A stretch of DNA of 64,000 nucleotides from Trueperaceae bacterium (GTDB taxonomy: Bacteria; Deinococcota; Deinococci; Deinococcales; Trueperaceae), in the NCBI GenBank assembly GCA_035703635.1, contig DASSXV010000052.1, positions 1 to 64,000 on the forward strand, read 5' to 3'. Below are positions 1 through 13,441 of this stretch, one piece after another (the first letter of the stretch is position 1; every line of letters begins with the position of its first letter). The notes under the pieces were generated by a model. The model saw only the letters and a program-made list of their open reading frames with translations, did no database searches and had not been told where the DNA came from. Both the position numbers and the translations under genes were made by a program.

Positions 1-153
1 TCTTCTGGGGTGGAGATGGTGATGCCTGGGGATAATGTGGAGTTGGCTGTTGATTTGATTAAGCCGATTGCGATGGAGGAGGGGTTGCGGTTTGCGATTC
101 GTGAGGGTGGGCGTACGGTAGGCGCAGGCGTCGTCACGGCCATCCTCAAGTAA
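1..153 (+). CDS. tuf: Elongation factor Tu, C-terminal fragment (5' truncated by window edge)
   Basis: Frame 1 reads [50 protein letters not shown], the EF-Tu C-terminus; precedes rpmG-secE-nusG. Not in the ORF track. Confidence 0.97.
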   Translation, partial: SSGVEMVMPGDNVELAVDLIKPIAMEEGLRFAIREGGRTVGAGVVTAILK

Positions 154-173
154 ACTGCTGATCGCTGCTCATC

Positions 174-217
174 CGGCGCTGCCGAGGGCTACCAGTGCGT
201 AACCCTCGGCAGCGCCG
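174..217 (+). terminator. Long GC-rich hairpin after tuf (possible terminator without U-tail)
   Basis: CGGCGCTGCCGAGGG (174-188) pairs with CCCTCGGCAGCGCCG (203-217). Confidence 0.55.
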
Positions 218-271
218 CGCAAGGTCGGTCATCATCCACTCTCGACTCGTGCCCGTTACCAGCTCCGACCC

Positions 272-301
272 TGGACGCGCCGCGCGATAATCTGCTACCC
301 T
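272..301 (+). promoter_or_regulatory. Putative sigmaA promoter for rpmG-secE-nusG
   Basis: TGGACG-N18-TACCCT with extended -10 TGc; GGGAGG Shine-Dalgarno follows before the rpmG ATG. Confidence 0.4.
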
Positions 302-325
302 ACGTGGTCTGATTGGGAGGCCAGA

Positions 326-490
326 ATGGCCAGTGACGTTCGAATCAAGCTTCTACTCGAGTGCACGGAGTGCAAGAGGCGTAACTACGCCACGCACAAG
401 AACCGGCGCAACACCCAGGGCAAGTTGGAGCTCAAGAAGTACTGCCCGTGGGACCGCAAGCACACTGTCCATAAAGAGGTGAAGGTCTAA
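326..490 (+). CDS. rpmG: 50S ribosomal protein L33 (54 aa)
   Basis: [62 protein letters not shown]; below the ORF-track length cutoff. Confidence 0.97.
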   Translation: MASDVRIKLLLECTECKRRNYATHKNRRNTQGKLELKKYCPWDRKHTVHKEVKV

Positions 491-494
491 GCTC

Positions 495-677
495 GTGTTC
501 AAAGGCTTCGTCACTTACCTCAGGAACTCGCGTGCCGAACTCGGCCGCGTAACGTGGCCCTCACGCAAGGAAGTCATCCAGGCGACCGAGGCAACGTTAC
601 TGTTCGTGGTCATTACGGCGCTGTTCTTGTTCGTCGCCGACCTCACGCTAGGCAACCTGCTTGGTCTCATAACCTGA
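495..677 (+). CDS. secE: Preprotein translocase subunit SecE
   Basis: ELGRVTWPSRKE motif plus one TM helix; lies between rpmG and nusG. Confidence 0.95.
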   Translation: MFKGFVTYLRNSRAELGRVTWPSRKEVIQATEATLLFVVITALFLFVADLTLGNLLGLIT

Positions 678-747
678 GCCAGCGCCGCCTAGTGCCGGGG
701 GTGGGCCCGCTTGAGCCGGGCTCTCGGCCCCAGACAAAGGACATCTC

Positions 748-1305
748 ATGAGCATCGAGTGGTACGCCGTCCACACTTACGTGGGGCACGAAGAGAAAGC
801 CAAGGAGAACATCCTGAGCCGAGCGCGTTCGCTCGGCATGGTGGAGTCGATCTTCCAGGTCGTCGTGCCGGTGGAGACAACCATGGAGCACATCGGCGGT
901 GGAAAGAAGAAGGAATCCGTCCGCAAGCTGTTCCCTGGCTACATCTTCGTCCAGATGGACCTTGGCGATAACCCAGACGAACCGAACGAAGCTTGGGAAG
1001 TCGTGCGCTACACGCCAGGCGTCACCGGCTTCGTTGGCACTGCCACGCACGCGGTTCCGCTATCACCGGACGAAGAGGCGCGCATGCTCAACGCCATCGG
1101 TGTAACCGGCCAGCGTGAGGCGCCCAAGGTGCGGATCACGTTCAACGTTGGCGACATGGTGCAGGTCACGGCCGGGCCGTTCGCCGACTTCACGGGCGTA
1201 GTATCGGAAGTGAACCCCGAGCGCGGCAAAGTCAAGGTGCTCGTCTCGATCTTCGGGCGCGAGACCCCCGTCGAGCTCGACTTCTCACAGGTCATCCGCG
1301 CCTGA
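748..1305 (+). CDS. nusG: Transcription termination/antitermination factor NusG
   Basis: [37 protein letters not shown] motifs. Confidence 0.98.
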   Translation: MSIEWYAVHTYVGHEEKAKENILSRARSLGMVESIFQVVVPVETTMEHIGGGKKKESVRKLFPGYIFVQMDLGDNPDEPNEAWEVVRYTPGVTGFVGTATHAVPLSPDEEARMLNAIGVTGQREAPKVRITFNVGDMVQVTAGPFADFTGVVSEVNPERGKVKVLVSIFGRETPVELDFSQVIRA

Positions 1306-1350
1306 GCGCGTGGCGCACGTGCGCCACTAAGCCAGGTCGCTGTAGACAGT

Positions 1351-1410
1351 AGCGCGTCATCACCCCGCGCCTCGCCATGTGCGTGGGGGAGCCAAAGGAG
1401 GAACCATGGC
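1351..1410 (+). promoter_or_regulatory. Putative L1-binding autoregulatory leader of rplK-rplA
   Basis: Strands GCGTCATCACCCC and GGGGGAGC flank a hairpin just upstream of the SD/ATG; they resemble the L1-binding asymmetric loop as I recall it. Confidence 0.4.
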
Positions 1411-1840
1411 AAAGAAGATATCCGGAGTCGTGAAACTGCAGTTGCCGGCCGGAGCAGCGACCCCAGCTCCACCTGTCGGCCCGGCGCTCGGTCAGTACGG
1501 CGCCAACATCATGCAGTTCGTGAAGGAGTACAACGCCGCGACCGCCAGCCAGTCCGGCGCGATCGTGCCGGTGGAGATCACCATCTACGCCGACCGCACC
1601 TTCACGTTCATCACCAAGACCTCGCCAGCTAGCTACCTCATCAAGAAGGCCGCTGGCATCGGTAAGGGTTCCGCAACGTCCAACAAGGACAAGGTCGGCA
1701 AGCTCACCTGGGCGCAATGCCTCGAGATCGGCAAGGTCAAGATGACCGACCTCAACGCCGCAGACGAGATCGCGGCCGCGAAGATAATCGCGGGAACCGC
1801 ACGCTCGATGGGCGTCACCATCGAAGGGCAGCCGAGCTGA
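1406..1840 (+). CDS. rplK: 50S ribosomal protein L11
   Basis: [21 protein letters not shown]...GTARSMG; SD GGAGG before ATG 1406. Confidence 0.98.
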   Translation: MAKKISGVVKLQLPAGAATPAPPVGPALGQYGANIMQFVKEYNAATASQSGAIVPVEITIYADRTFTFITKTSPASYLIKKAAGIGKGSATSNKDKVGKLTWAQCLEIGKVKMTDLNAADEIAAAKIIAGTARSMGVTIEGQPS

Positions 1841-2541
1841 TGGCCAAGCACGGTAAGCGTTACCGCGAGCTGGCGCTCAAGGTCGACCGCGACCGCCTCT
1901 ACTCCGTCGACGAAGCCGCCGGCCTCGTCAAGGAGTTGGCAAGCGCCAAGTTCGACGAGACCGTCGAAGCGCACTTCCGCCTCGGCATCGACCCGCGCAA
2001 GTCCGACCAGAACGTCCGCGGCACCGTGGCCCTGCCACACGGCACAGGCAAGACGGTACGCGTCCTCGCCGTCACGCAGGGCGACGGGGTGGCCGCTGCG
2101 GAGGCAGCTGGCGCCGACATAGTTGGTGGCAGCGACATCATCGAGCGCATCTTGGGTGGCTGGATGGACTTCGACGCCGTCGTCGCCACGCCAGACATGA
2201 TGGCGGCCATCGGCTCCAAGCTCGGCCGCGTGCTCGGACCGCGTGGGCTCCTCCCGAACCCCAAGGCCGGCACCGTTGGCACCGACATCGGTGGCATCGT
2301 CCGCGCCCTCAAGGCGGGCCAGATCGAGTTCCGTGCCGATAAGACGGGCGTCGTGCACGCTCCCATCGGTAAGGCCAGCTTCGGGGCGGACAAGCTCGCC
2401 GAGAACTTCGCCGCGCTGCGCGGAGCCGTCGAGGCCGCCAAGCCTGATACCGCGCGCGGCCAGTACCTCAAGACCATTCACCTTACCTCTACGATGGGGC
2501 CGAGCGTGCGCGTCACGCTAAGCACCTCGACTGAGGCTTGA
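1840..2541 (+). CDS. rplA: 50S ribosomal protein L1
   Basis: MAKHGKRY...KFDETVE...[16 protein letters not shown]...[16 protein letters not shown] overlap with the rplK stop. Confidence 0.98.
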   Translation: MAKHGKRYRELALKVDRDRLYSVDEAAGLVKELASAKFDETVEAHFRLGIDPRKSDQNVRGTVALPHGTGKTVRVLAVTQGDGVAAAEAAGADIVGGSDIIERILGGWMDFDAVVATPDMMAAIGSKLGRVLGPRGLLPNPKAGTVGTDIGGIVRALKAGQIEFRADKTGVVHAPIGKASFGADKLAENFAALRGAVEAAKPDTARGQYLKTIHLTSTMGPSVRVTLSTSTEA

Positions 2542-2578
2542 ACTAAGCATCTTGGTGCGCAGCGCGAGCTAAGCACCT
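2518..2578 (+). repeat. Three direct repeats CTAAGCA(C/T)CT with 25/26-nt period
   Basis: Copies at 2518-2527, 2543-2552 and 2569-2578. Confidence 0.6.
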
Positions 2579-2736
2579 CCGGCGTTGGAGACAGCAGGGG
2601 CCGCCAGGCTTAAAGATCCTGCCGAGGCGTGAACGTGAGGAAACCGGGGCATGACCCCGGGAATCAGCACGCGCTTCGCGGCATGTTCGCGGGCCACCCG
2701 GCCCCGAACCAAGTTCGTGAATAGAGGAAGGTCACC
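2575..2736 (+). promoter_or_regulatory. Ribosomal protein L10 leader (L10/L12 autoregulatory RNA)
   Basis: AGACAGCAGG...TTAAA..CCTGC.GAGG signature (about 2589-2627) directly upstream of rplJ; boundaries approximate. Confidence 0.85.
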
Positions 2737-3270
2737 ATGGCTAACCCCAGGAACGAAGCGGCAGTAGCCCACCTGCGTGAGCAGCTCGGCGACGCCAAGA
2801 CGTTCTTCTTGGTGGATTACCAGGGGCTCTCCGCTGGCGATCTCGGTCGGCTGCGCGCAGTAGTGCGCGAAGCCGGCGGGAAGTTGCTCGTCGCGAAGAA
2901 CACCCTCATCAATGTCGTGCTCAAGGAGCAAGGCATCGAGGGTTACGACGCGACGCTGCAGGGGCCTACGGCCCTGATCCTCGTCGGCGACGAGGTAGTG
3001 GCCCCGATCAAGGCCATCACCGAGTTCGCCAAAGCCCACCCAAGGGAGCTGCCCAAGTCAAAGGGCGGCCGCCTCGAGGGGGGCTTCCTCGGCGAGGATG
3101 CGCTCGTGCGCATCGCCAAACTGCCTTCGAAGAAGCAAGTCCAGAGCCAGTTGGTCGGCGTGCTATCCGCACCGCTCCAGCAGCTCGTTGGCGTGCTCGA
3201 AGGTCCACAGCGGAACCTGGTCACCGTGATGAACAACTACGTAGACAAACAGAAAGATGGAGGTAACTGA
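2737..3270 (+). CDS. rplJ: 50S ribosomal protein L10
   Basis: VDYQGL...LR...VAKNTL...GPTAL...LPS motifs; synteny. Confidence 0.97.
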   Translation: MANPRNEAAVAHLREQLGDAKTFFLVDYQGLSAGDLGRLRAVVREAGGKLLVAKNTLINVVLKEQGIEGYDATLQGPTALILVGDEVVAPIKAITEFAKAHPRELPKSKGGRLEGGFLGEDALVRIAKLPSKKQVQSQLVGVLSAPLQQLVGVLEGPQRNLVTVMNNYVDKQKDGGN

Positions 3271-3272
3271 GA

Positions 3273-3653
3273 ATGGCATTCGATAAGCAAGCTTTGATCG
3301 AGCAGCTCGGCGGCTTGACCGTGCTGGAACTAGTAGACCTCGTTGACGGCCTCAAAGAGGCCTGGGGCGTAGAAGCCGCCGCGGCCATGCCAGTCGGCAT
3401 GATGATGGGCGCGCCAGTCGAAGCCGCCGCCGTCGAAGAGCAGACGGAGTTCACCGTCAGCATCAAGCCGACGTCTGGCGACAAGAAGCTCAGCGTCATC
3501 AAGGAAGTCCGCGCCATCACCAGCCTCGGCCTCAAGGAAGCCAAGGACCTGGTAGAAGCAGGCGGCGCCGTGCGTGAATCGGTCAGCAAGGAAGAAGCCG
3601 CTGACGTCAAGGCCAAGCTCGAAGCCGCGGGCGCCGAGGTCGAGGTCAAGTAA
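3273..3653 (+). CDS. rplL: 50S ribosomal protein L7/L12
   Basis: LTVLEL...EEQTEF...[21 protein letters not shown]...[11 protein letters not shown]. Confidence 0.98.
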   Translation: MAFDKQALIEQLGGLTVLELVDLVDGLKEAWGVEAAAAMPVGMMMGAPVEAAAVEEQTEFTVSIKPTSGDKKLSVIKEVRAITSLGLKEAKDLVEAGGAVRESVSKEEAADVKAKLEAAGAEVEVK

Positions 3654-3833
3654 GCCCGCAGTCGTGCGCTGCCTGACCGGCGGCGCATCACCGCTGGGTA
3701 CCAGGATGCCAGCCGCTAACGCGGCACAGTTGGTCGGGCGGCGTCTCGAATAGGGGCGCCGCCAACCCCAACCGGGGAGCAAGGCGAAAAGGCAAGCCGG
3801 TAGCGCAGCGCTACCCAAACTGCCAAGGGCAAC

Positions 3834-3842
3834 TGCTACAAT
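3834..3842 (+). promoter_or_regulatory. Extended -10 promoter (TGcTACAAT) upstream of rpoB
   Basis: TG-n-TACAAT about 305 nt before the rpoB start; no clear -35. Confidence 0.5.
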
Positions 3843-4147
3843 GCGAGGTCGCCGGGAGGCCTGACGATTGAGCTGCTGGAAAATATCTTGCTAAGTGAAC
3901 GCCACGAGCAAGGGCCAAACCGGCCCTGCAGCGTCGTGGCTCGTCACGTCGTGTCTATTCACGCTACCGCCAACGTGCGCACCAGACGGGTGCTCGGTGG
4001 ACCGGTAAGCCTAGTCGCATATTACGCACAGCCACACCAGAACATGCAACTCCTTGGCGAACAGAGCCGTACGGCGCGAGACGCGCGTCCCGGCACCTGT
4101 GCTCAGGAGCTGCGCAGTAAGCGCCAGCCCCGGCCTTTAACGAAGGG

Positions 4148-7527
<3,380 letters not shown>

Positions 7528-7531
<4 letters not shown>

Positions 7532-10500
7532 GCGACAACCCTAGGTTCAACAATTTCCGTGATGGCCCGCGCGTGAAGGAACAGCCTCGCGAGTTCACTC
7601 AGGTCAAGATCCAGATAGCGTCACCGAAGCGCATCCGCGAGTGGAGCTACGGCGAGATCACCAAGCCTGAGACCATCAACTACCGCACCCTCAAGCCCGA
7701 GCGTGACGGTCTGTTCGACGAACGCGTCTTCGGTCCTGAGAAGGACTGGGAGTGCTCGTGCGGTAAGTACCGCGGTCAGCGCTTCGCGGGCAAGACCTGC
7801 GAGCGCTGCGGCGTTGAAGTGACGCGCGCCACCGTGCGCCGCTACCGCATGGGCCACATCGAGTTGGCGACCCCGTGCGCGCACATCTGGTACGTCAAGG
7901 ACATCCCGAACAAGATCGGCGGGCTGCTCAACCTCTCGACCGCTCAACTCGAGCAAGTCCTGTACTTCGCCAAGTACATCGTCACCGACCCGCAGGACGC
8001 CCGCCTGCCCGACGGTCGCCCGCTCAAGCGCGCCGACCTCCTGTCCGACGACGAGTACCGTCAACTGCGTTACGGCCAGCAGGAGACCTACAGCGTCTCC
8101 GGCGGCGAGGACGCCGTAGTGCGCGACGGCGAGATCGTCGAGCCTGGTCAGCAACTAGCTAAGGGCGTCAAGGCCAAGATCGCCGGCATCGCGCAGTACC
8201 GCTTCCCGCGCCGCATCGTCCTCGACTACCACGAGTCGCGCGACGCTCGCCTCGTCCTCGCCAAGAAGGACTGGATCGAGGAAGAGTCGTACAAGGGCGG
8301 GCAGCCGCTAGGTGAGCTCGGCTCCGACCTCGTCATCACCGGCGAGGCCGAGGGCGTCATCGAACTCCTCCCCATCGGCACAGATGGCGGCATCCTCTCC
8401 ATCCACGACGTAGACACGGAAGAGGTCCTCGCCTCCTACCTGCTCCCGGCGGGTGTCGAGCCGCTCGTTGCGGGCGGCGAGTTCGTCGAGGCAGGCACGG
8501 AGCTGGCGCGCGCCGCGGCCGGCACCAGCCTCACGCTGCCGCAAGGCGCGACCGCGACGCTGCGCACGAGCAAGGCGAAGGGCGTCAACGTCACCGTTAC
8601 CCTCAAGGTCGAGTGGGAGCGCTCCGAGTCTCACGAGACGAACCCGACCATGCACGTCCTCGTCGGTGACGGCGCCACCGTGCGCCCCGGCGAGAAGGTC
8701 GTCGGCGCCATCGACGCAGCCCAGGAGATCACGGCCGCCGCGTCCGGCACCGTGCGCCTCTCGCACCCAGCCAGCATCATCGTTTCGCGCGCCCGCATCT
8801 ACGGTTACGAAGACGAGCCGATCGTCGTCAACGGCGACCGCGTGCGCCGCGGCGACGACCTCGCTGACGACGGCCGCATCAAGTCAGACGTCGAAGGCCG
8901 CGTAGAGATCGACCTCGTACGCCGCCAAGTGCGCGTCATCGAAAGCTACGATTTCGAAGCCAAGATGGGCGCCGAGGCCATCAAGGAGCTCCTCGAGGCC
9001 ATCGACCTCAAGAAGCTCGAGGCCGAGCTCGAGGAGGAGATGAACTCCCAGAGCCGTCACAAGCGCGCCAAGGCCCGCAAGCGCCTCGAGATCACCCGCG
9101 CCTTCCTGCAGTCGGGCGTGGGCGAGGGCGAGAACAAGCCCGCCTGGATGATCCTCGAGGCCGTGCCCATCATGCCGCCCAGCTTGCGCCCCATGGTGCA
9201 AGTCGAGGGCGGGCGCTTCGCGACCTCCGACCTGAACGACCTCTACCGCAGGCTCATCAACCGTAATAACCGCCTCAAGAAGCTCATGCAGCAGGGCGCG
9301 CCCGAGATGATCGTGCGCAACGAGAAGCGCATGCTGCAAGAAGCGGTTGACGCCCTCATCGACAACGGCCGCCGCGGCAGCGCCGTCGTGCACCCCGGCT
9401 CCGACCGCCCACTGCGCTCCCTAACCGACCTCCTCGGCGGCAAGCAGGGGCGCTTCAGGCAGAACCTGCTCGGCAAGCGCGTCGACTACTCCGGCCGCTC
9501 CGTCATCGTCGTCGGGCCGCAGCTACAGCTTCACCAGTGCGGCGTGCCGAAGCGCATGGCGCTCGAACTGTTCAAGCCCTTCCTCTTCAAGAAGCTCGAG
9601 GAACGCGGGATCGTCTCCAACATCAAGAGCGCCCGCAAGATGCTCGAGCGGTACCGCGACGCCCGTGACGAAGTATGGGACGCCCTAGAAGAGGTCATCA
9701 AGGACCGCGTCGTGCTCCTCAACCGCGCCCCTACGCTTCACCGCCTCGGCATTCAAGCGTTCGAGCCAGTCCTCGTCGAGGGCCAGGCCATCCAGCTTCA
9801 CCCGCTCGTGTGTGAGGCGTTCAACGCCGACTTCGACGGTGACCAGATGGCGATTCACGTCCCGCTGTCGGTGTACGCGCAGGCCGAAGCGCGCCTCCAG
9901 ATGCTGTCGAGCCACAACCTCCTCAGCCCGGCGCACGGCAACCCGAACGTGCAGGCGACGCGTGACATCATCCTCGGGCTGTACGTCCTCACGCAGCTCC
10001 ACACGGGGCACCGCGGCGTCGGCCTCGAGTTCGCCGACGAGAGCGCGGCACTTGCCGCCTTCGAACGCGACGAGGTTGACCTCAACTCCGAGATCACGGT
10101 CGGTGGAGTCAAGAGCAGCGTCGGGCGCATCATGTACCGCTTCGGTAACGTCGACGAGGCGCTTCTCGCCGTGGCGGAGCACCGCATCGACATGCAGGAC
10201 GTCGTAACGGCCCGCGTCGACGGTGAAGTGATCGAGACGAGCCCAGGCCGGCTCCTGTTCGCCCGCATGGTCAAGGAAACGCTCGAGGCGGGCGGCGACG
10301 TGCCGCGCGATCTCCTGCGCTACGACACGGTTTACGAGCGCGGAGCGCTGCGTGACCTCGTCGTCGAGACCTACAAGCGCCTCGGCGTCGAGCGCACCGC
10401 GGCTCTGCTCGACGGCCTCAAGCAGTACGGCTTCGAGCTCTCGACCACCTCTGGCATCACGATCGGCATCGACGACGTCGCCATCCCGCCTCAGAAGAAG

Positions 10501-12186
10501 GTTCTGATCGCGGAAGCGGAGGAGAAGCTCGCCAAGATCACCTCGGCTTACCAGCGCGGCTTCGTTACCGACTCAGAGCGCTACCAGCAGGTAGTGCGCC
10601 TGTGGAACGACACGACGGAGAAGGTCAAGGACGCCGTGTTCGATAACTTCCAGACGCAGATGCCCTTCAACCCGCTGTTCGTCATGGCGCAGTCCGGCGC
10701 TCGTGGTAACCCGCAACAGATCCGTCAGCTGGCTGGCATGCGTGGCCTGATGGCGAACCCGTCAGGCGAGACCATCGAGTTGCCCATCAAGGCGAACTTC
10801 CGCGAGGGCCTCGACGTGCTCGAGTACTTCATCTCCACGCACGGGGCTCGTAAGGGCGGCGCCGACACGGCCCTCCGTACCGCCGACTCCGGCTACCTGA
10901 CCCGTAAGCTCGTCGACGTTGCCCACGAGGTCGTGGTGCGCGAGGACGATTGCGGCAGCGCAGACTTCGAGACCGTCGACCTTTACGAAGGCGAGCGCGC
11001 GCGGCCCAAGGGTCAGATCGACATGAGCCTGTACGGCAGGCGCCTTGCCGAGGAACTCGAACTCCCCGGCGTAACCCTTGCGCTCGGTTCGCTCCTCTAC
11101 AAGGAGGACGTCGAGGCGATCGTCAAGGCCATGGCGGCGCTTCCAGAACTGCGCACCGTGGCCGTCCGCGGCCCCCTCACCTGTCAGACGCGCGCCGGCG
11201 TGTGCCGCAAGTGCTACGGTCTCGACCTGTCGATGATGCGCGAAGTCAGCCTCGGTGAAGCCGTCGGCGTCATCGCGGCGGAGTCGATCGGCGAGCCCGG
11301 CACGCAGCTCACGATGCGTACGTTCCACACGGGCGGCATCGCCACCGGGGCCGACATCACGCAGGGCCTCCCGCGCGTGATCGAGCTGGTGGAAGCCCGC
11401 AAGCCTAAGGTCAAGGCGGTCATCGCCGAACTCGACGGCATCGTCGAAGTGCAAGACGATGACGACAAGGAACGCATGACCATCGTCATCACGAGCGAGG
11501 ACGGCGAGTTCATCCGCCCACACCGCGTCGACCGCAACCTGCGCGTGCTCGTCAACACGGGCGACAAGGTCGAGGCCGGCCAGCCGCTCACGCGCGGTAG
11601 CATCAACCCACACGACTTGCTCGAGTCGCGCGGCCCCGGCGCCGTCCAGGCCTACCTGGTCGATGAGATCCAGAAGGTCTACCGTGGCCAGGGCGTAAGC
11701 GTGCACGACAAGCACATCGAGGTGATCGTCCGCCAGATGCTCAAGTACGTGGAGATCGACGAGCCGGGCGACAGCAAGTTCCTCGAAGGCCAGACCATCG
11801 AACACTTCGATGTCCAAGCCGTCAACGAGGCGCTCCTGGATGAGGGCAAGACGCCCGCCTCCTGGAAGCCGCTCCTCCTCGGCATCACCAAGGCCTCGCT
11901 CTCGACGAAGAGCTGGCTGTCCGCCGCGTCCTTCCAGCACACCACGCACGTCCTCACCGAGGCGGCTCTGGCTGGCAAGGTCGACGACCTGGTCGGCATG
12001 AAGGAGAACGTCATCCTCGGTCGCCTGGTGCCCGCCGGCACTGGCCTCGCCGCCATCCGCCGTACGCGCGTGGCGGACAAGCGCTCGCTCGAGAAGCTCA
12101 AGACGGCGCCGCGTCAAGCGGAGGCCGCTGTGCCTACCACGCGCCCAGGCGCAGGCGACGCGCCCGCTCAACCAGACGCCAACTGA
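7528..12186 (+). CDS. rpoC: DNA-directed RNA polymerase subunit beta' (with Thermus/Deinococcus-type N-terminal insertion)
   Basis: 1552 aa; Zn ribbon CSCGKY..CERC, NADFDGD active site, [13 protein letters not shown] overlap with rpoB. Confidence 0.99.
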
Positions 12187-12211
12187 GCTAGCTTCGCCAC
12201 TTAGGGCGATT

Positions 12212-12250
12212 AGGGCCCGCACCCCATGTCTGGGTGCGGGCCCCTTCTTT
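12212..12250 (+). terminator. Intrinsic terminator after rpoC
   Basis: GGGCCCGCACCC / GGGTGCGGGCCC stem followed by CTTCTTT. Confidence 0.8.
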
Positions 12251-12297
12251 ACCCTGGGCGCGCGCCGGGCGGCCGCCTGTTACGCTGGGCCACGACT

Positions 12298-12681
12298 ATG
12301 ATCGTGGCGTTCGATCCAGGCAAGAACCTCGGCGTGGCGTTCGTTGGGCTAGACGGGACGTTGGAGCGCGGGCTCGTGCTCGAGCCGAGCGCGTTGGCTG
12401 CGTTCGAACTCCCGGCCGACGCCACGCTGCTCGTGGGCGACGGCACCGGCAGCGCGGCGGTCGTTAGCGCCCTGACCGCTAGGGGGTTGAGCGTCCAGTT
12501 GGTGGGGGAGAGGGGCACGTCGCTAGCGGGACGAGAGCTCTATTTCGCCGCACATCCGCCTCGCGGCCTAGCGCGCCTGCTGCCGCGCGGCCTGCTGAAC
12601 CCCCCGGTGCTGATCGACGATTATGCGGCGTACGCCATAGCGTTGCGCTGGTTAGAAGATGAAGAAGCGCGCCGCGGTTGA
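12298..12681 (+). CDS. Small RNase H-fold nuclease, YqgF/RuvX-like
   Basis: IVAFDPGKNLGVA, VGDGTGS, GERGTS, IDDYAAYAIA motifs; TACGCT -10 just upstream of ATG 12298. Confidence 0.7.
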   Translation: MIVAFDPGKNLGVAFVGLDGTLERGLVLEPSALAAFELPADATLLVGDGTGSAAVVSALTARGLSVQLVGERGTSLAGRELYFAAHPPRGLARLLPRGLLNPPVLIDDYAAYAIALRWLEDEEARRG

Positions 12682-12694
12682 AGCCGCGGCGCGC
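12667..12694. terminator. Hairpin between the convergent YqgF-like gene and carD
   Basis: GCGCGCCGCGG-TTGAAG-CCGCGGCGCGC. Confidence 0.55.
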
Positions 12695-12720
12695 CCTACT
12701 TTCACGTTCGCCCTTGCAAT

Positions 12721-13227
12721 CTAGTTGAGTTCGTCTTCCTCACCCGCGTCCATCAGCACGCGCGCTTCTTGCTGACTGATGTGCAGCACGGCGCTGATCT
12801 CGCCTGCAAGCAGACGCAGCGCGCGGCGGTACGCTTGGCGGTCGAGGTCGGGCAGGCCGCGCTCGAGGTCCCAGCGGCGCAGTTCGCTCGCTAGAGTGGC
12901 GATCTGGTAAGGGTCGCCGGTCGTGAGGAGGTCGGTTACCTTGCGGTGACGGGCCGCCCACTGCTTCGGGAGGGTGATGCGGCCGTTCTGGAGGCGCTCG
13001 AGGACGCTCTGAACTTCGTCCTGCGTGAGGGCCGCGCGCAGGCCAGCGCCCTGAGGGGCGGCGACGGGCACGTACGCGCGAGACGTTCCGTTAGGGAACT
13101 CGACCTGGTAGTACTTCTGGTTGGCACCCGCGATGGTGCGTTCCGTGGTGCCTGCTACGACGCCAACACCGTAAGGTGGTAGAACGACCTGATCACCCAT
13201 CTTGAACGTCTTACCTTGGTCTTTCAA
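12721..13227 (-). CDS. carD: CarD/CdnL-family RNA polymerase-binding transcription factor (paralog 1)
   Basis: FKMGDQVVLPPYGVGVV...LPKQWAARHRK with the conserved Trp; TTG start at 13227 after a GGGAG SD. Confidence 0.92.
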   Translation of the reverse strand: MKDQGKTFKMGDQVVLPPYGVGVVAGTTERTIAGANQKYYQVEFPNGTSRAYVPVAAPQGAGLRAALTQDEVQSVLERLQNGRITLPKQWAARHRKVTDLLTTGDPYQIATLASELRRWDLERGLPDLDRQAYRRALRLLAGEISAVLHISQQEARVLMDAGEEDELN

Positions 13228-13441
13228 TGCAACTGTCTCCCTTCGCAGCGCGCCGCCGGGCGCGAGTGGTACAGCGTGGTGGCTTAGGCCACGTATTGAA
13301 CACTGAGGCACTTGGGCTCCCCGGCCCAATAGCGGTTACGCGCCGGTGTTTGACCGGTGCGCGACCTGGTTGGTAGAGAGGGGGCTTGCAGCTTGTGAGC
13401 GTAAGTTATCGTAGAGTTCAACGCACACGAGCACGTCACGT

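Noticed and set aside
154..494. tRNA (for example tRNA-Trp) often found near rpmG/secE
   Set aside because: Only 4 nt between rpmG and secE, and no cloverleaf with a T-loop in the tuf-rpmG gap.
2518..2578. Possible mini-CRISPR array
   Set aside because: 10-nt repeats and about 15-nt spacers are far too short; no cas genes in the window.
10762..12222. 486-aa antisense ORF over rpoC (and similar long antisense ORFs over rpoB, groEL, atpI)
   Set aside because: Shadow ORFs caused by high GC and C-ending codon bias on the coding strand; no recognisable motifs.
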